Source: a virus
Length of the DNA stretch: 64,000 nucleotides
Strand: one strand, 5' to 3'
IMG/VR virus record: IMGVR_UViG_3300047476_002124
Location: 4,133 to 68,132 of that record
Under the pieces are notes generated by a model, which ran no database searches, had not been told where the DNA came from, and saw only the letters and a program-made list of their open reading frames with translations. Below, one piece after another: positions 30,001 through 38,680 of the stretch (the stretch's first letter is position 1; each line of letters opens with the position of its first letter). The position numbers were made by a program, and so were the translations under genes.

Positions 30001-33000
30001 CTTAATACACCACAAATACCTCAACAAACAACGACATCTATCTTGAACACTCCTTTCTTTATAAACGCAATTTCGGAGGGTGTTGCTAACAATAAAAATG
30101 ATAATAAGTATCCGTATAAATCTGCGGCTTATCTTTTTTTAAACTCCTTACCATTAATTTCTTTAAGAGAATTGCTTAAGACTAAGGGTGAAGGTTCTAA
30201 CTATGTGGAACAAGATTACATGTTTGCAACACTTAAAAAGTTTGGGGCAATACACAAACTCCCGTATGCTTGGATTTTAAAAGTGGGTTCGATTTGGCAT
30301 AGATATAAAACTTATAAACAAAGTAATATTGATATTTTAAGCGGGGTATGGACTAATTTTGATTATATTAATAGTTATGACCCAATCACAAACAATCCAT
30401 CTAAAATATATTCATATGTTGACTCTTCAGGTCAAAAACAAGAAATACAGTTGGCTAGTACGACTAATAATGTAAGTTTAACAAACGTAGGATTCTATCC
30501 AAAACTTATTGATGATTTTAACTATTTCTATAATGGGTTCAGTTTTTTCACTGAATATACCGATGATGAATTACAATCGGCAGTCAACAGAGGATTGAAA
30601 ATTTTCAATATAACTAACTCTAACATCAGTAACGTAAAGTCTGGAGAAAACACTTTCAATTTAAAAACATGGTCAGTTATGACACCTGTTACGGGTATAA
30701 CTGTAAATGTTGAAGATTGTAAACCAACTACGAAGACTACGACAGCAAGTTTGTTTATAATGCCATCTTTCGGTTCGACAATCAACGAAAGTAGAACTAC
30801 CTTAGTTTATAATTCACAAATGGCATCGGGAAAAGCGTTCAGCAACAATCCTTCAGTATTCAATGGTTCCTGTAGATTATTTTGGAAATCACCAAATTAT
30901 GGATATTTCGATTCAACCACAGCAACGAAACCAGAACCTGACGAATACATGAATCAAATCAAACAAGATATTGGTGAATTGTCACCATTCAGATTTTTGG
31001 CTGACGGGGAGTATACAAAAATAGATGATATATTTTCCGTCTTTGATAAGAAAATCTTAGATTCATTTGAAGAAGAATTTTTGAATTTCTGTAAACCTCT
31101 CACTGATATTGAAATAGGTCCTCAAACTGTTATAACATACAACGGTGTTAGGACAAGCCAAAATGATGTCTTCAGGAATTTCCAGTATCTTATGAGGAAT
31201 ATGATGAAAGTACCACCACAGGGAAATCAATCTTTGCAAGATGTTTTTTTAAACAATATAAATAATCAGGCGGACATCTTACAAAATCAAATAGCATCTT
31301 TCTTACAGTATGATGTGTTATTTAGATATGGAAACCCGTCAAATTATAATGAAAGAATTTTTAACTCTTTCCTTTCACATAATAGTACGTTGGAAGTTGT
31401 TGACCCAATAAATTTTGAACCCTACGTGACCAATAGTTTGCCGTCCTCGACAGGAGGTATTACACTTGCCCAATCCAAACAAAGATATCCTCAAGCTTGG
31501 GCTGAGTTAGAGTTACAAGTTGGGTTTTCAACAATAGAACAACTTAGGTATAAAGATACTGGTTCTTATATTACAGATTTCTTTATAGATAATAATATTG
31601 AATTTACTGTAGATAACGTCACAATACTATCCCCTATCATTAAAATATATGCAACTCAAAAGTTGCAAAATCCAAACATAAGTAACTCACAATTCAGAAC
31701 ACTTTTAAATGAAAACGAAGCAGTTGCAAAGTCATTACAAGATAAAATATTAAATGGTGTAATGAATAAACTCAGAACTGACTTACCGAACCAAGACCAA
31801 GTAGTACAAACAACGAATCAATCTGTTGTAGATGGTGACCAAAGTAAAGTCGAGACATATGAAAAGTTCAAAGCTCTCAACGACAAGTGGATTGCGGGAG
31901 GAGATTTTACAAACAAGACATTCTTCGAAGATATTCTTTTTTTAGATAGAGCTTCGAGAAATATTGGAAATACGTTACTTGTAGACGTTTTTGAACTGAA
32001 GAAGGTTCTAAACAAAAGAACATCCGAATCTAGTTTGAAAATGAGCGTGTATACGTTTTTAGCGGGATTATTAATTAATAACAATTTTGTAATTATGAAT
32101 CTTCCAGCATACGTGAATTTTTATAATGTGCAAAATGTTGACGGGGTTCAAGTAAGAAACCCTGAAGGAACACTAGATTTTGCAAATAATCTTTGGGGAA
32201 CCTTTTTAAGTGTTGATTATAGAAATTCTGGCCCTAAAATGGTTTGCTTCTTTGCGGGAAAACCTTCTCAATATTTGGACCTTCCCGACAACAATTATTA
32301 TGGATACAGAAATGACGGATTCGATATGAGAAGGTTGTCCGAAGTACCACTGATTGAAAATGTAGATAAAAAAACAGATTATGCAATATCTAACAGATGC
32401 GTAGGTTTTAACGTGGATATTGGAATCAGGAATCAAAATATATTCAATTCGTTCACGGTTGGACAAGATAACGGAAAGGCGACTTCAGAATCTGTGAACA
32501 CTGTTTATAATATGGCATCTCAAGCTGCCGGTGTTAATACCGCAACACAAAATGTTGGTTTATACAACTTATACAAACAAAGAAGTTATCCATGTTCGGT
32601 ACAATCATTAGGAAACGCAATGATACAACCTACGATGTACTTCAACCTGAGACACGTGCCAATGTTCAACGGACCATACTTGATACAAGATGTACAGCAT
32701 ACAATTTCACCAGGGAACTTCCAAACACAATTCACGGGTATCAGACAAGGTATGTTTGACCTACCACAAATTGACCAATATCTACAAAGTATTAATAGAA
32801 ACCTACTTACAAAACTTGAAGCTATCGTCAAAAATAGGAAAGAGGAGGTAGATGCAATTGCGGTTACAGATGCACAAAAAGCCGCTAAAACACAAAGCAC
32901 TAATGACAATAAAGGGTCAACTGAAAACTCGTGTGAAGCTAATACATCTTATTTGAATGAAGGTTTTGTCAGTGTCAAGTTTACCGCAACTACGGAAAAC

Positions 33001-33843
33001 CCACAAACAGTTTACAATGAAATTATTAAAGTAATCAAACAAAATAGTCCGACCGCTGTAGTAGACAATCAGATGGTAAAAATAATGTATTCTATATGTT
33101 ATGTGACAAACTATAAAGACAACGTTTTCGAGGGATATTCTAACAATTACTCAACACCTATAAACTTGAAAGTAAATTTTTCACCGACTTATAAAACTGC
33201 AAACGGAATACAATATTTTAATAAAACATATAGTTGTGTAACAGGGAGTGACAAAAAAGTAATACCTGTTGCGAACTTTGATACTTTGAATGATTTTGTA
33301 TCATTCTTATATGCCAGATTAAAACCAAATCAAAAATTGATAACTAAAGAAGGTTTATGGAAATATTATAGTTGTGATTATCCAGTTGTTAGAACGGTTT
33401 CTAAATCATACTTTGAAAGCTCAAAAACAACTAATGTCACTTATCAGAATACCTTATCAAGGCTAACAGAAGGATTACAAAGTTTAAAAAACTTAGGGGT
33501 AGACGTTTCAGATATCAGTCAACTTATAAATGGTACTACAACAACCACAGCCACGACATCAACGACTCCAAAATGTGATAAACCCAAAATAATTGACTTT
33601 TATCCTAAATCAGCGTTCACGGGAGATACTGCACCACTAATCACAATAACGGGAACTTCACTTTATGGTAGTGCTCAAGTATTCTTAAGTGGTATTACTG
33701 GTACGGTCAAATCAAATACAAATACAGATACTGTTATTCAGTTTGTACCAAAACAAAAAGTGACAGGTAAAATCAAAATAAAAACAGAATATGGTGAAGA
33801 TGAAAGTGACCAAGATTTTGTATTTCTTAAGAAGAAACCATAA
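27082..33843 (+). CDS. Giant baseplate hub protein (gp27/VgrG-hub-like) with C-terminal IPT/TIG domain
   Basis: N-terminal LGITSINIK...PSVDIELEDVQG...FYLTIKGYYG. Hub-like CSVQSLGNAMIQPTMYFNL..VPMFNGPYLIQDVQHTISPGNFQTQF. Terminal PKIIDFYP...ITITGTSL...GKIKIKT. Confidence 0.65.
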   Translation: MADNFLSDTSGNILVEFDYNNIIVVDPNKTIDGQGNVKERLVDHENLVMFVNLEAEVLPRTKLAVGGSPTDVATTVSIAKINFLKPNKDNFFSTQYYDELTGNNTNKGLGQNQPTETLESGPNQKRAYIKTGVISNGIDGSVDNGLLGITSINIKMGTSFIPSVDIELEDVQGRALFQLGDKSPYAAFFNLPYPPFYLTIKGYYGQAVRYQLNLQKFNARFNSFSGNYQVQLNLKGYKFNILNEIEMGSLFAAPHMYSTRYDISSSSNPTVNTSLNSQSTGTTPILNANDTQVNVESIVTEKGYEKILEVYSEYKAKGLLVPDFPELTLAQFMNKIDLFETNVLETYPKTNVQPLTDCRNFKTILKSYYGKVYQDSNSWFNKWMNPKPLIGKQGQLYYVFKSFTANEKLAAENELKKIIKDYKNKLDDTGVLGSLGRTPVENNIKESDIILENFNILANIDEEKTVQSITGVVRPNVDSESFTKAREIISQLYKITIITDPNSDSQTSKTDLKKESVFRFDLFTKEIQIMEAEANRKLGEYETLITEDLARKLEDDRLGIGFLPTVRNVSAIIMASAEGFIRLMDEVHTNAWKKVNDETRRRVITQNTSSAPSPDTKNIVNKRASELATESQIPVYPWPQFFVETPDDKKGRFQLRYLADPSVVALTQGNRYDIWPEVEFVEEYLKGLTQKFDPPMAQPPSNNSNITNLININAIEFPQNNLAYRNKEEIKFFYEIFERQFVTSHYTGLSRIKDDNPFLTTLLNSLRDYETQNIISSLGISSPNLTFKLKNYVFDSVNYEDKLREFSNQGTGRSYQDFIRDFLVTPYLRTLTDKSFSILNLDDEGAIPQNSLANVAVQIQEVLNNAPNNTTIMDIYPFTDEEWTEKNMVQINQHQNGLVFNTNKTLTVYKPRNVISNFTNMTDYTVARPVTNFNYTQPISSFVSPVTFNYGRSASQLIPTEGYVVTNVPSLDNLNTPQIPQQTTTSILNTPFFINAISEGVANNKNDNKYPYKSAAYLFLNSLPLISLRELLKTKGEGSNYVEQDYMFATLKKFGAIHKLPYAWILKVGSIWHRYKTYKQSNIDILSGVWTNFDYINSYDPITNNPSKIYSYVDSSGQKQEIQLASTTNNVSLTNVGFYPKLIDDFNYFYNGFSFFTEYTDDELQSAVNRGLKIFNITNSNISNVKSGENTFNLKTWSVMTPVTGITVNVEDCKPTTKTTTASLFIMPSFGSTINESRTTLVYNSQMASGKAFSNNPSVFNGSCRLFWKSPNYGYFDSTTATKPEPDEYMNQIKQDIGELSPFRFLADGEYTKIDDIFSVFDKKILDSFEEEFLNFCKPLTDIEIGPQTVITYNGVRTSQNDVFRNFQYLMRNMMKVPPQGNQSLQDVFLNNINNQADILQNQIASFLQYDVLFRYGNPSNYNERIFNSFLSHNSTLEVVDPINFEPYVTNSLPSSTGGITLAQSKQRYPQAWAELELQVGFSTIEQLRYKDTGSYITDFFIDNNIEFTVDNVTILSPIIKIYATQKLQNPNISNSQFRTLLNENEAVAKSLQDKILNGVMNKLRTDLPNQDQVVQTTNQSVVDGDQSKVETYEKFKALNDKWIAGGDFTNKTFFEDILFLDRASRNIGNTLLVDVFELKKVLNKRTSESSLKMSVYTFLAGLLINNNFVIMNLPAYVNFYNVQNVDGVQVRNPEGTLDFANNLWGTFLSVDYRNSGPKMVCFFAGKPSQYLDLPDNNYYGYRNDGFDMRRLSEVPLIENVDKKTDYAISNRCVGFNVDIGIRNQNIFNSFTVGQDNGKATSESVNTVYNMASQAAGVNTATQNVGLYNLYKQRSYPCSVQSLGNAMIQPTMYFNLRHVPMFNGPYLIQDVQHTISPGNFQTQFTGIRQGMFDLPQIDQYLQSINRNLLTKLEAIVKNRKEEVDAIAVTDAQKAAKTQSTNDNKGSTENSCEANTSYLNEGFVSVKFTATTENPQTVYNEIIKVIKQNSPTAVVDNQMVKIMYSICYVTNYKDNVFEGYSNNYSTPINLKVNFSPTYKTANGIQYFNKTYSCVTGSDKKVIPVANFDTLNDFVSFLYARLKPNQKLITKEGLWKYYSCDYPVVRTVSKSYFESSKTTNVTYQNTLSRLTEGLQSLKNLGVDVSDISQLINGTTTTTATTSTTPKCDKPKIIDFYPKSAFTGDTAPLITITGTSLYGSAQVFLSGITGTVKSNTNTDTVIQFVPKQKVTGKIKIKTEYGEDESDQDFVFLKKKP

Positions 33844-33881
33844 TATATAAAGTTACGATATATTTATATAAAAACTATTTT

Positions 33882-34106
33882 ATGGATTTAACAAATACAT
33901 TAAACGCTTACTTAGGAAAAAGAGTGAGATATAGTGAACAAGATAATGGTGATGGAACAAAAGAAGTTTGTGATTTAGATACAGGTGATTGTTATGTTGT
34001 TAGAGAAAAAGATGGACTTATCGAAAGAGCGGGGCACCAAGTATATGCAAACAGGAAAGTTAAAGTAGAAACCTCTAAAGGAATAAAAAACTTATTAAAC
34101 GGATAA
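33882..34106 (+). CDS. Hypothetical protein
   Basis: 74 aa ORF with a TATTTATA motif upstream and an EVCDLDTGDCYVVREKDGLIER motif. Confidence 0.65.
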   Translation: MDLTNTLNAYLGKRVRYSEQDNGDGTKEVCDLDTGDCYVVREKDGLIERAGHQVYANRKVKVETSKGIKNLLNG

Positions 34107-34108
34107 AA

Positions 34109-34753
34109 ATGGCAATTGATAAAAAAATTATAAGTGAGATACAAAGGTATCATTTTATAAATAACTATTTAAATGAGCAAGAAGTACCACCTCCACCATC
34201 ACCTTTGGGGTCATCTGAACCAGCGCCTGAGACACCTGCACCTGCGGCAGAACCAGCACCTGAAGCAGACACTGCACCGCAAATAATCGATGTTGAAACA
34301 GACACAGAAGTTGAGAAAATAGACGATGCGGGAAAATCAGAAGAAACTGGAGACGAGGAAGGAACAGAGGAACTCGACATTACAGATTTGGTTAAATCCC
34401 AAGAAAATATTGAAACTAGACAAGAAGAATATTTCAACAATTTATTTTCACAAGTATCTAATCTAGAATCTAAGTTAGGCGAAATGGATGCAATTATCAA
34501 TAAATTAAATTCATTGGAATCTAAAATAGAAAAGTACAGAGAGAAAACACCACAAGAAAAGTTAGAATTAAGGACATATGATTCTTATCCATTCAACCAA
34601 AAACTAACAGATTTTTTTGAAGATAAGAAAGAAGAAATGGAAAAGACAGGTAAACATGATTATGTTTTAACAACTGATGATGTGACCGACATTAATGATA
34701 GGGATATAAAAGATAGTTTTCTTTTAAATCCTGATGATGAAGAACAATATTAA
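34109..34753 (+). CDS. Acidic coiled-coil protein (scaffold/prohead-core-like)
   Basis: IISEIQR...YLNEQ N-terminus, Pro/Ala/Glu linker, heptad coiled coil. Confidence 0.55.
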   Translation: MAIDKKIISEIQRYHFINNYLNEQEVPPPPSPLGSSEPAPETPAPAAEPAPEADTAPQIIDVETDTEVEKIDDAGKSEETGDEEGTEELDITDLVKSQENIETRQEEYFNNLFSQVSNLESKLGEMDAIINKLNSLESKIEKYREKTPQEKLELRTYDSYPFNQKLTDFFEDKKEEMEKTGKHDYVLTTDDVTDINDRDIKDSFLLNPDDEEQY

Positions 34754-34756
34754 AAT

Positions 34757-34780
34757 AAAGGTCTCCCACGAGACCTTTTT
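34757..34780 (+). terminator. Intrinsic terminator
   Basis: AAAGGTCTC-ccac-GAGACCTTT followed by T tract. Confidence 0.8.
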
Positions 34781-34783
34781 AAT

Positions 34784-34812
34784 TTGACTGAAGTCAAACT
34801 TTCAATTATACT
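34784..34812 (+). promoter_or_regulatory. sigma70-like promoter of the replication/recombination operon
   Basis: TTGACT-N17-TATACT, 21 nt upstream of the SSB ATG. Confidence 0.65.
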
Positions 34813-34833
34813 TAAAATATAAATTTTATAAAC

Positions 34834-35682
34834 ATGAACACTTTAGACGCCGTATTGGCACAGTACGAAAAGAATCAAGTATCGGGCGGGGCCCAAAACA
34901 GAATGTCGCAAGACGAAAGAATGAAAAAGTATTTCGCCCTTATTTTGGGTGATAAAGAAAAAACGGGACAAAGGAGAATTAGGATTCTACCAACTCAAGA
35001 TGGTTCTTCACCATTTAAAGAAGCTTGGTACCACGAAATCCAAGTCGGAGGTCAATGGCAAAAATTCTATGACCCAGGAAAAAATGACAACGAACGCTCG
35101 CCTTTGAACGAAGTTTATGAAGAACTTATGTCTACAGGTAAAGAGTCAGACAAGGAACTTGCAAAACAATACAAATCACGTAAGTTTTATATTGTGAAAG
35201 TTATCGACCGAGACAACGAACAAGACGGACCAAAGTTTTGGAGATTCAAACACAATTATAAGAACGATGGTATTCTGGATAAAATCATTCCAATTTGGAG
35301 AAACAAAGGTGATATTACCGACCCTGAAAAAGGTAGAGACCTTATTATCGAGTTGAGTAAATCTAAAACACCAAAGGGTAAAGAGTATACAACAGTATCA
35401 ACCATCATGTATGATGACCCATCTCCAGTACACGAAGAGAAAGACCAATCAAAGGCTTGGATTAACGACGAACTAACTTGGCTTGACGTTTATTCTAAAA
35501 AGCCTGTCGAATATCTTGAAGCGATTGCGAGAGGTGAAACCCCGAAATGGGATTCTGAAAAAGGTGGTTATGTTTATGGTGATAGTACTGTATCTGAAAC
35601 ATCTATGGGTGGAAAATCAGCAAAGTCATCTTATGTTGACCCACAAGCAGGTGATGAACCAGACGGAGACTTACCATTCTAA
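34834..35682 (+). CDS. Single-stranded DNA-binding protein (T4 gp32-like)
   Basis: RIRILP, PF...WYH, KFYIVKVIDR, DITDPEKGRDLII and an acidic tail ending DGDLPF. Confidence 0.8.
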   Translation: MNTLDAVLAQYEKNQVSGGAQNRMSQDERMKKYFALILGDKEKTGQRRIRILPTQDGSSPFKEAWYHEIQVGGQWQKFYDPGKNDNERSPLNEVYEELMSTGKESDKELAKQYKSRKFYIVKVIDRDNEQDGPKFWRFKHNYKNDGILDKIIPIWRNKGDITDPEKGRDLIIELSKSKTPKGKEYTTVSTIMYDDPSPVHEEKDQSKAWINDELTWLDVYSKKPVEYLEAIARGETPKWDSEKGGYVYGDSTVSETSMGGKSAKSSYVDPQAGDEPDGDLPF

Positions 35683-35688
35683 ATAATC

Positions 35689-35735
35689 AAGCATGGACAT
35701 TTGCATAGACAAAGTGTCCATGCTTTAATTTTTTT
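35689..35735 (+). terminator. Long hairpin / intrinsic terminator after SSB
   Basis: AAGCATGGACA(T)TTG...CAAAGTGTCCATGCTT stem followed by a T tract. Confidence 0.7.
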
Positions 35736-35737
35736 AT

Positions 35738-36034
35738 ATGACTTTTAAAGAAGAAATAGAGTTACAATTAAGAGATAACAAAGTGTTATCTTACGAAATA
35801 TTGAGTCAATTGAAAGACAAAAATTACTTTTCAGGTAGAAGTAAAGAGATAGGTGATACCGTTTTGTTTGGAATGCTCGATGAGGGATATGTAAGTGAGA
35901 AAGAAGTTAGTATCAAGTTAATTACTTTTCATGAAGAAGAACTCAATGTTTTATATGAACAAAACCCTACACACTATACTAAAACAAAGTCAAATAAATT
36001 ACCCATACTAAAAAGAGTGGAAAATGGCAATTAA
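35738..36034 (+). CDS. Hypothetical protein
   Basis: 98 aa ORF overlapping the start of uvsX. Confidence 0.55.
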   Translation: MTFKEEIELQLRDNKVLSYEILSQLKDKNYFSGRSKEIGDTVLFGMLDEGYVSEKEVSIKLITFHEEELNVLYEQNPTHYTKTKSNKLPILKRVENGN

Positions 36035-37025
36035 GAAAAACGAATTTAGTGATATTAAAAAGAAGTTCTCAACTTCTGCAAAATATAAACCACAAAGATT
36101 CTTCGACTTAGGTGAAGACTTTTTGGATGCCGTAGGTTTACCTGGTCCTGCAATTGGACACTTGAATATGTTCTTGGGTCATTCTGACACAGGTAAAACA
36201 ACTGCAGCAATCAAAACTGCGGTAGATGCACAGAAGAAAGGTATTCTTCCTGTATTCATTATTACAGAACAAAAGTGGTCTTTCGAACATGCAAGACTTA
36301 TGGGTTTTGAATGTGAAGAAACTGTTGACGAAGAAACAGGAGAATTAGATTGGGATGGTTTTTTTATTTTTAACAACAACTTCAGTTATATTGAACAAAT
36401 AACAGATTATATTAACTCACTTCTTGATGCTCAAGAAAAAGGTGAACTTGAATATAGTTTGTGTTTCATTTGGGATTCCGTAGGTTCTGTACCATGTAAG
36501 ATGACTTATGAAGGTAAAGGAGGTAAACAACACAACGCATCCGCTTTGTCTGATAAGATTGGAATGGGAATCAACCAAAGGATTTCAGGTTCAAGAAAGT
36601 CAGATTCAAAGTTTGAAAATACTTTGATTATTATTAACCAACCTTGGGTTGAACTTCCTGATAATCCATTCGGACAACCAAAGATTATGGCCAAAGGTGG
36701 AAATGCTGTGTGGTTGAATTCATCATTGGTATTTTTGTTTGGTAATCAAAAAGGTGCGGGTACAACTAAAATAACTGCAACAAAAGACAAAAGAAGTGTT
36801 AAATTTGCAGTGAGAAGTAAAGTATCTGTGTTGAAAAACCATATTAATGGTTTGGGATTTGATGATGGAAAGATTATTGTAACACCTCACGGTTTCTTGG
36901 CTGGTAAGGAGTCTTCAGAAGAGAAAGCATCTATCGAAAAATACAAAAAAGAATATGCTGACTATTGGAAAGACATTATTGGTACAGACGGTGATTTCGA
37001 TTTGAAAGAAGAAAAAGAAGATTAG
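36024..37025 (+). CDS. uvsX: RecA/UvsX-like recombinase
   Basis: Walker A GHSDTGKTT, IITEQK, Walker B FIWDSVG, IIINQ, KGGNA. Confidence 0.85.
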   Translation: MAIKKNEFSDIKKKFSTSAKYKPQRFFDLGEDFLDAVGLPGPAIGHLNMFLGHSDTGKTTAAIKTAVDAQKKGILPVFIITEQKWSFEHARLMGFECEETVDEETGELDWDGFFIFNNNFSYIEQITDYINSLLDAQEKGELEYSLCFIWDSVGSVPCKMTYEGKGGKQHNASALSDKIGMGINQRISGSRKSDSKFENTLIIINQPWVELPDNPFGQPKIMAKGGNAVWLNSSLVFLFGNQKGAGTTKITATKDKRSVKFAVRSKVSVLKNHINGLGFDDGKIIVTPHGFLAGKESSEEKASIEKYKKEYADYWKDIIGTDGDFDLKEEKED

Positions 37026-37045
37026 TAACCCTATAAAAACTAAAT

Positions 37046-38038
37046 GTGGGAAAAACTTTATTGGTAGACGGTGACAACTTATTCAAAATAGGTTTTCACG
37101 GAGCTAAGGACCTCTATAACGACGGTTCTCATGTTGGTGGAGTATATCACTTCATTAACACTTTGAGACGATTCTTGGAGGAGCATAATCACGATAAGGT
37201 GGTTGTTTTTTGGGACGGAGATTCCAACTCCTCTACGAGGAAAAAATTATATCCCCAGTATAAAGAGAACAGAAGGTTGGGTATGAACGAGTTTAAATAC
37301 GAATCATACCTGACCCAAAAGTCTCGTGTAAAAGAATACATCGAAGAAGTATTTGTTAGACAAGTTGAAATGCATGATAATGAGGCAGATGACCTCATAG
37401 CTTATTACTGTAAAATTGCCGTGGACGAGAATATAATAATTTTTTCGGCAGACAAAGACCTCACACAATTAATCAATGAAAGAGTAACAATCTACTCACC
37501 TGTATCAAAAACATATTTCAAACAAGGAGACAAAATAACCATCAATAAGGTTGAAATACCTCATCAGAATGTTTTGATTTGTAAAGTTTTTACAGGAGAC
37601 AAATCAGATAATATCGATGGAATTGAAGGTTTAGGTGAAAAAACTTTAGTCAAATATTTCCCTGAATTGCAGGAAAAATCATGCACTATCGAAGAAATAC
37701 TTGATAATGCACGAAATATCCCGCAAACAAAACCAATTAAAAGTCTATCCAATATTTTGACAGGTAAGTCAAAAAGTGGTATACTTGGTGAGGAGTTCTA
37801 TAATATTAATAGGAAAATTGTTGATTTATCAAATCCCCTCATTACCGATGAGGGAAAAGAATTGGTAGAACAAATTTATCAAGATACAATAGACCCCACA
37901 GATAGGGGGTATAAGAATTTGATGAGGATGATGGTTCAAGACGGGATGTTCAAGTTTCTACCTAAAAATGATGAAGCGTGGGTTAACTTTTTGAAACCAT
38001 TTATGAAACTAATAAGAAAAGAAAAAAGAAAAATATGA
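37046..38038 (+). CDS. 5'-3' exonuclease / flap endonuclease (T4 RNase H-like)
   Basis: LLVDGDNL, VFWDG, YPQYKENR, EADDLIA, SADKDLTQL, GDKSDNIDGIEGLGEKT. Confidence 0.92.
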   Translation: MGKTLLVDGDNLFKIGFHGAKDLYNDGSHVGGVYHFINTLRRFLEEHNHDKVVVFWDGDSNSSTRKKLYPQYKENRRLGMNEFKYESYLTQKSRVKEYIEEVFVRQVEMHDNEADDLIAYYCKIAVDENIIIFSADKDLTQLINERVTIYSPVSKTYFKQGDKITINKVEIPHQNVLICKVFTGDKSDNIDGIEGLGEKTLVKYFPELQEKSCTIEEILDNARNIPQTKPIKSLSNILTGKSKSGILGEEFYNINRKIVDLSNPLITDEGKELVEQIYQDTIDPTDRGYKNLMRMMVQDGMFKFLPKNDEAWVNFLKPFMKLIRKEKRKI

Positions 38039-38193
38039 TTATTGTAAAGAGCATGATTTCAAGTTGTCTATCCGCACTTGGAGGTGCATTTGTGGTATAT
38101 GGTTAAATAGACGATTCACCTGGTTTAGGTGGAATAGGTTTAATTTTGATAGGAGTATCTTTTTATTTAAATTTAAAAAACAACAAAAAATAA
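38035..38193 (+). pseudogene. Small two-TM membrane protein gene interrupted by an in-frame TAA (38104-38106)
   Basis: Manual translation MIIVKSMISSCLSALGGAFVVYG*IDDSPGLGGIGLILIGVSFYLNLKNNKK*. It overlaps the exonuclease stop (ATGA) and fills the gap to the next gene exactly. Confidence 0.6.
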
Positions 38194-38198
38194 AAAAA

Positions 38199-38651
38199 AT
38201 GAAAGAGCAAGACATTACGAAACTAGAGTTTCTTTTGACACTTAATGACAACATCGTGGTTCAAAGATTCTTTAACGTGAAAGGGTTCAACCCGAGGGCA
38301 AGAAATTCTGTAGACCTTTATGAGTTTATGAAAGATGTTGCAGATACTTTGAAGTATGATATGAAAATGAAAACTGTTGTCTACATGATGGATAACAAAG
38401 AATCAATTATGCACGACCCGAGTGTTATGGAGACTTCCTTCACAGATGGAGCAGAGAATTTCAACATGTATATCAAACTTGGAGAACAGACAATTTGTCA
38501 TAGAATTTTTGACGGAAAAATGTTTCCACCAAAAGTTCGTTATACTGTGGACGTAAGACCATATTTGAAAGATTTGTTAAAAGGTTTGACTGACATTTTT
38601 TCCACTCAGAAATTAAATTTCCAATATCTAGGTTACGACTTGAGTAAGTAA
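38199..38651 (+). CDS. Conserved hypothetical protein
   Basis: True start is likely the ATG at 38199 (MKEQDITKLEFLLTLNDNIVVQRFFNV) after an A-rich leader, not the TTG at 38064. Confidence 0.7.
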   Translation: MKEQDITKLEFLLTLNDNIVVQRFFNVKGFNPRARNSVDLYEFMKDVADTLKYDMKMKTVVYMMDNKESIMHDPSVMETSFTDGAENFNMYIKLGEQTICHRIFDGKMFPPKVRYTVDVRPYLKDLLKGLTDIFSTQKLNFQYLGYDLSK

Positions 38652-38680
38652 GTATTTAATTAATAGAGAGGTCTAAAATT

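Noticed and set aside
38064-38198. N-terminal extension of the 195-aa ORF from a TTG start
   Set aside because: It overlaps the better-supported membrane microprotein frame; the ATG at 38199 follows a typical A-rich leader.
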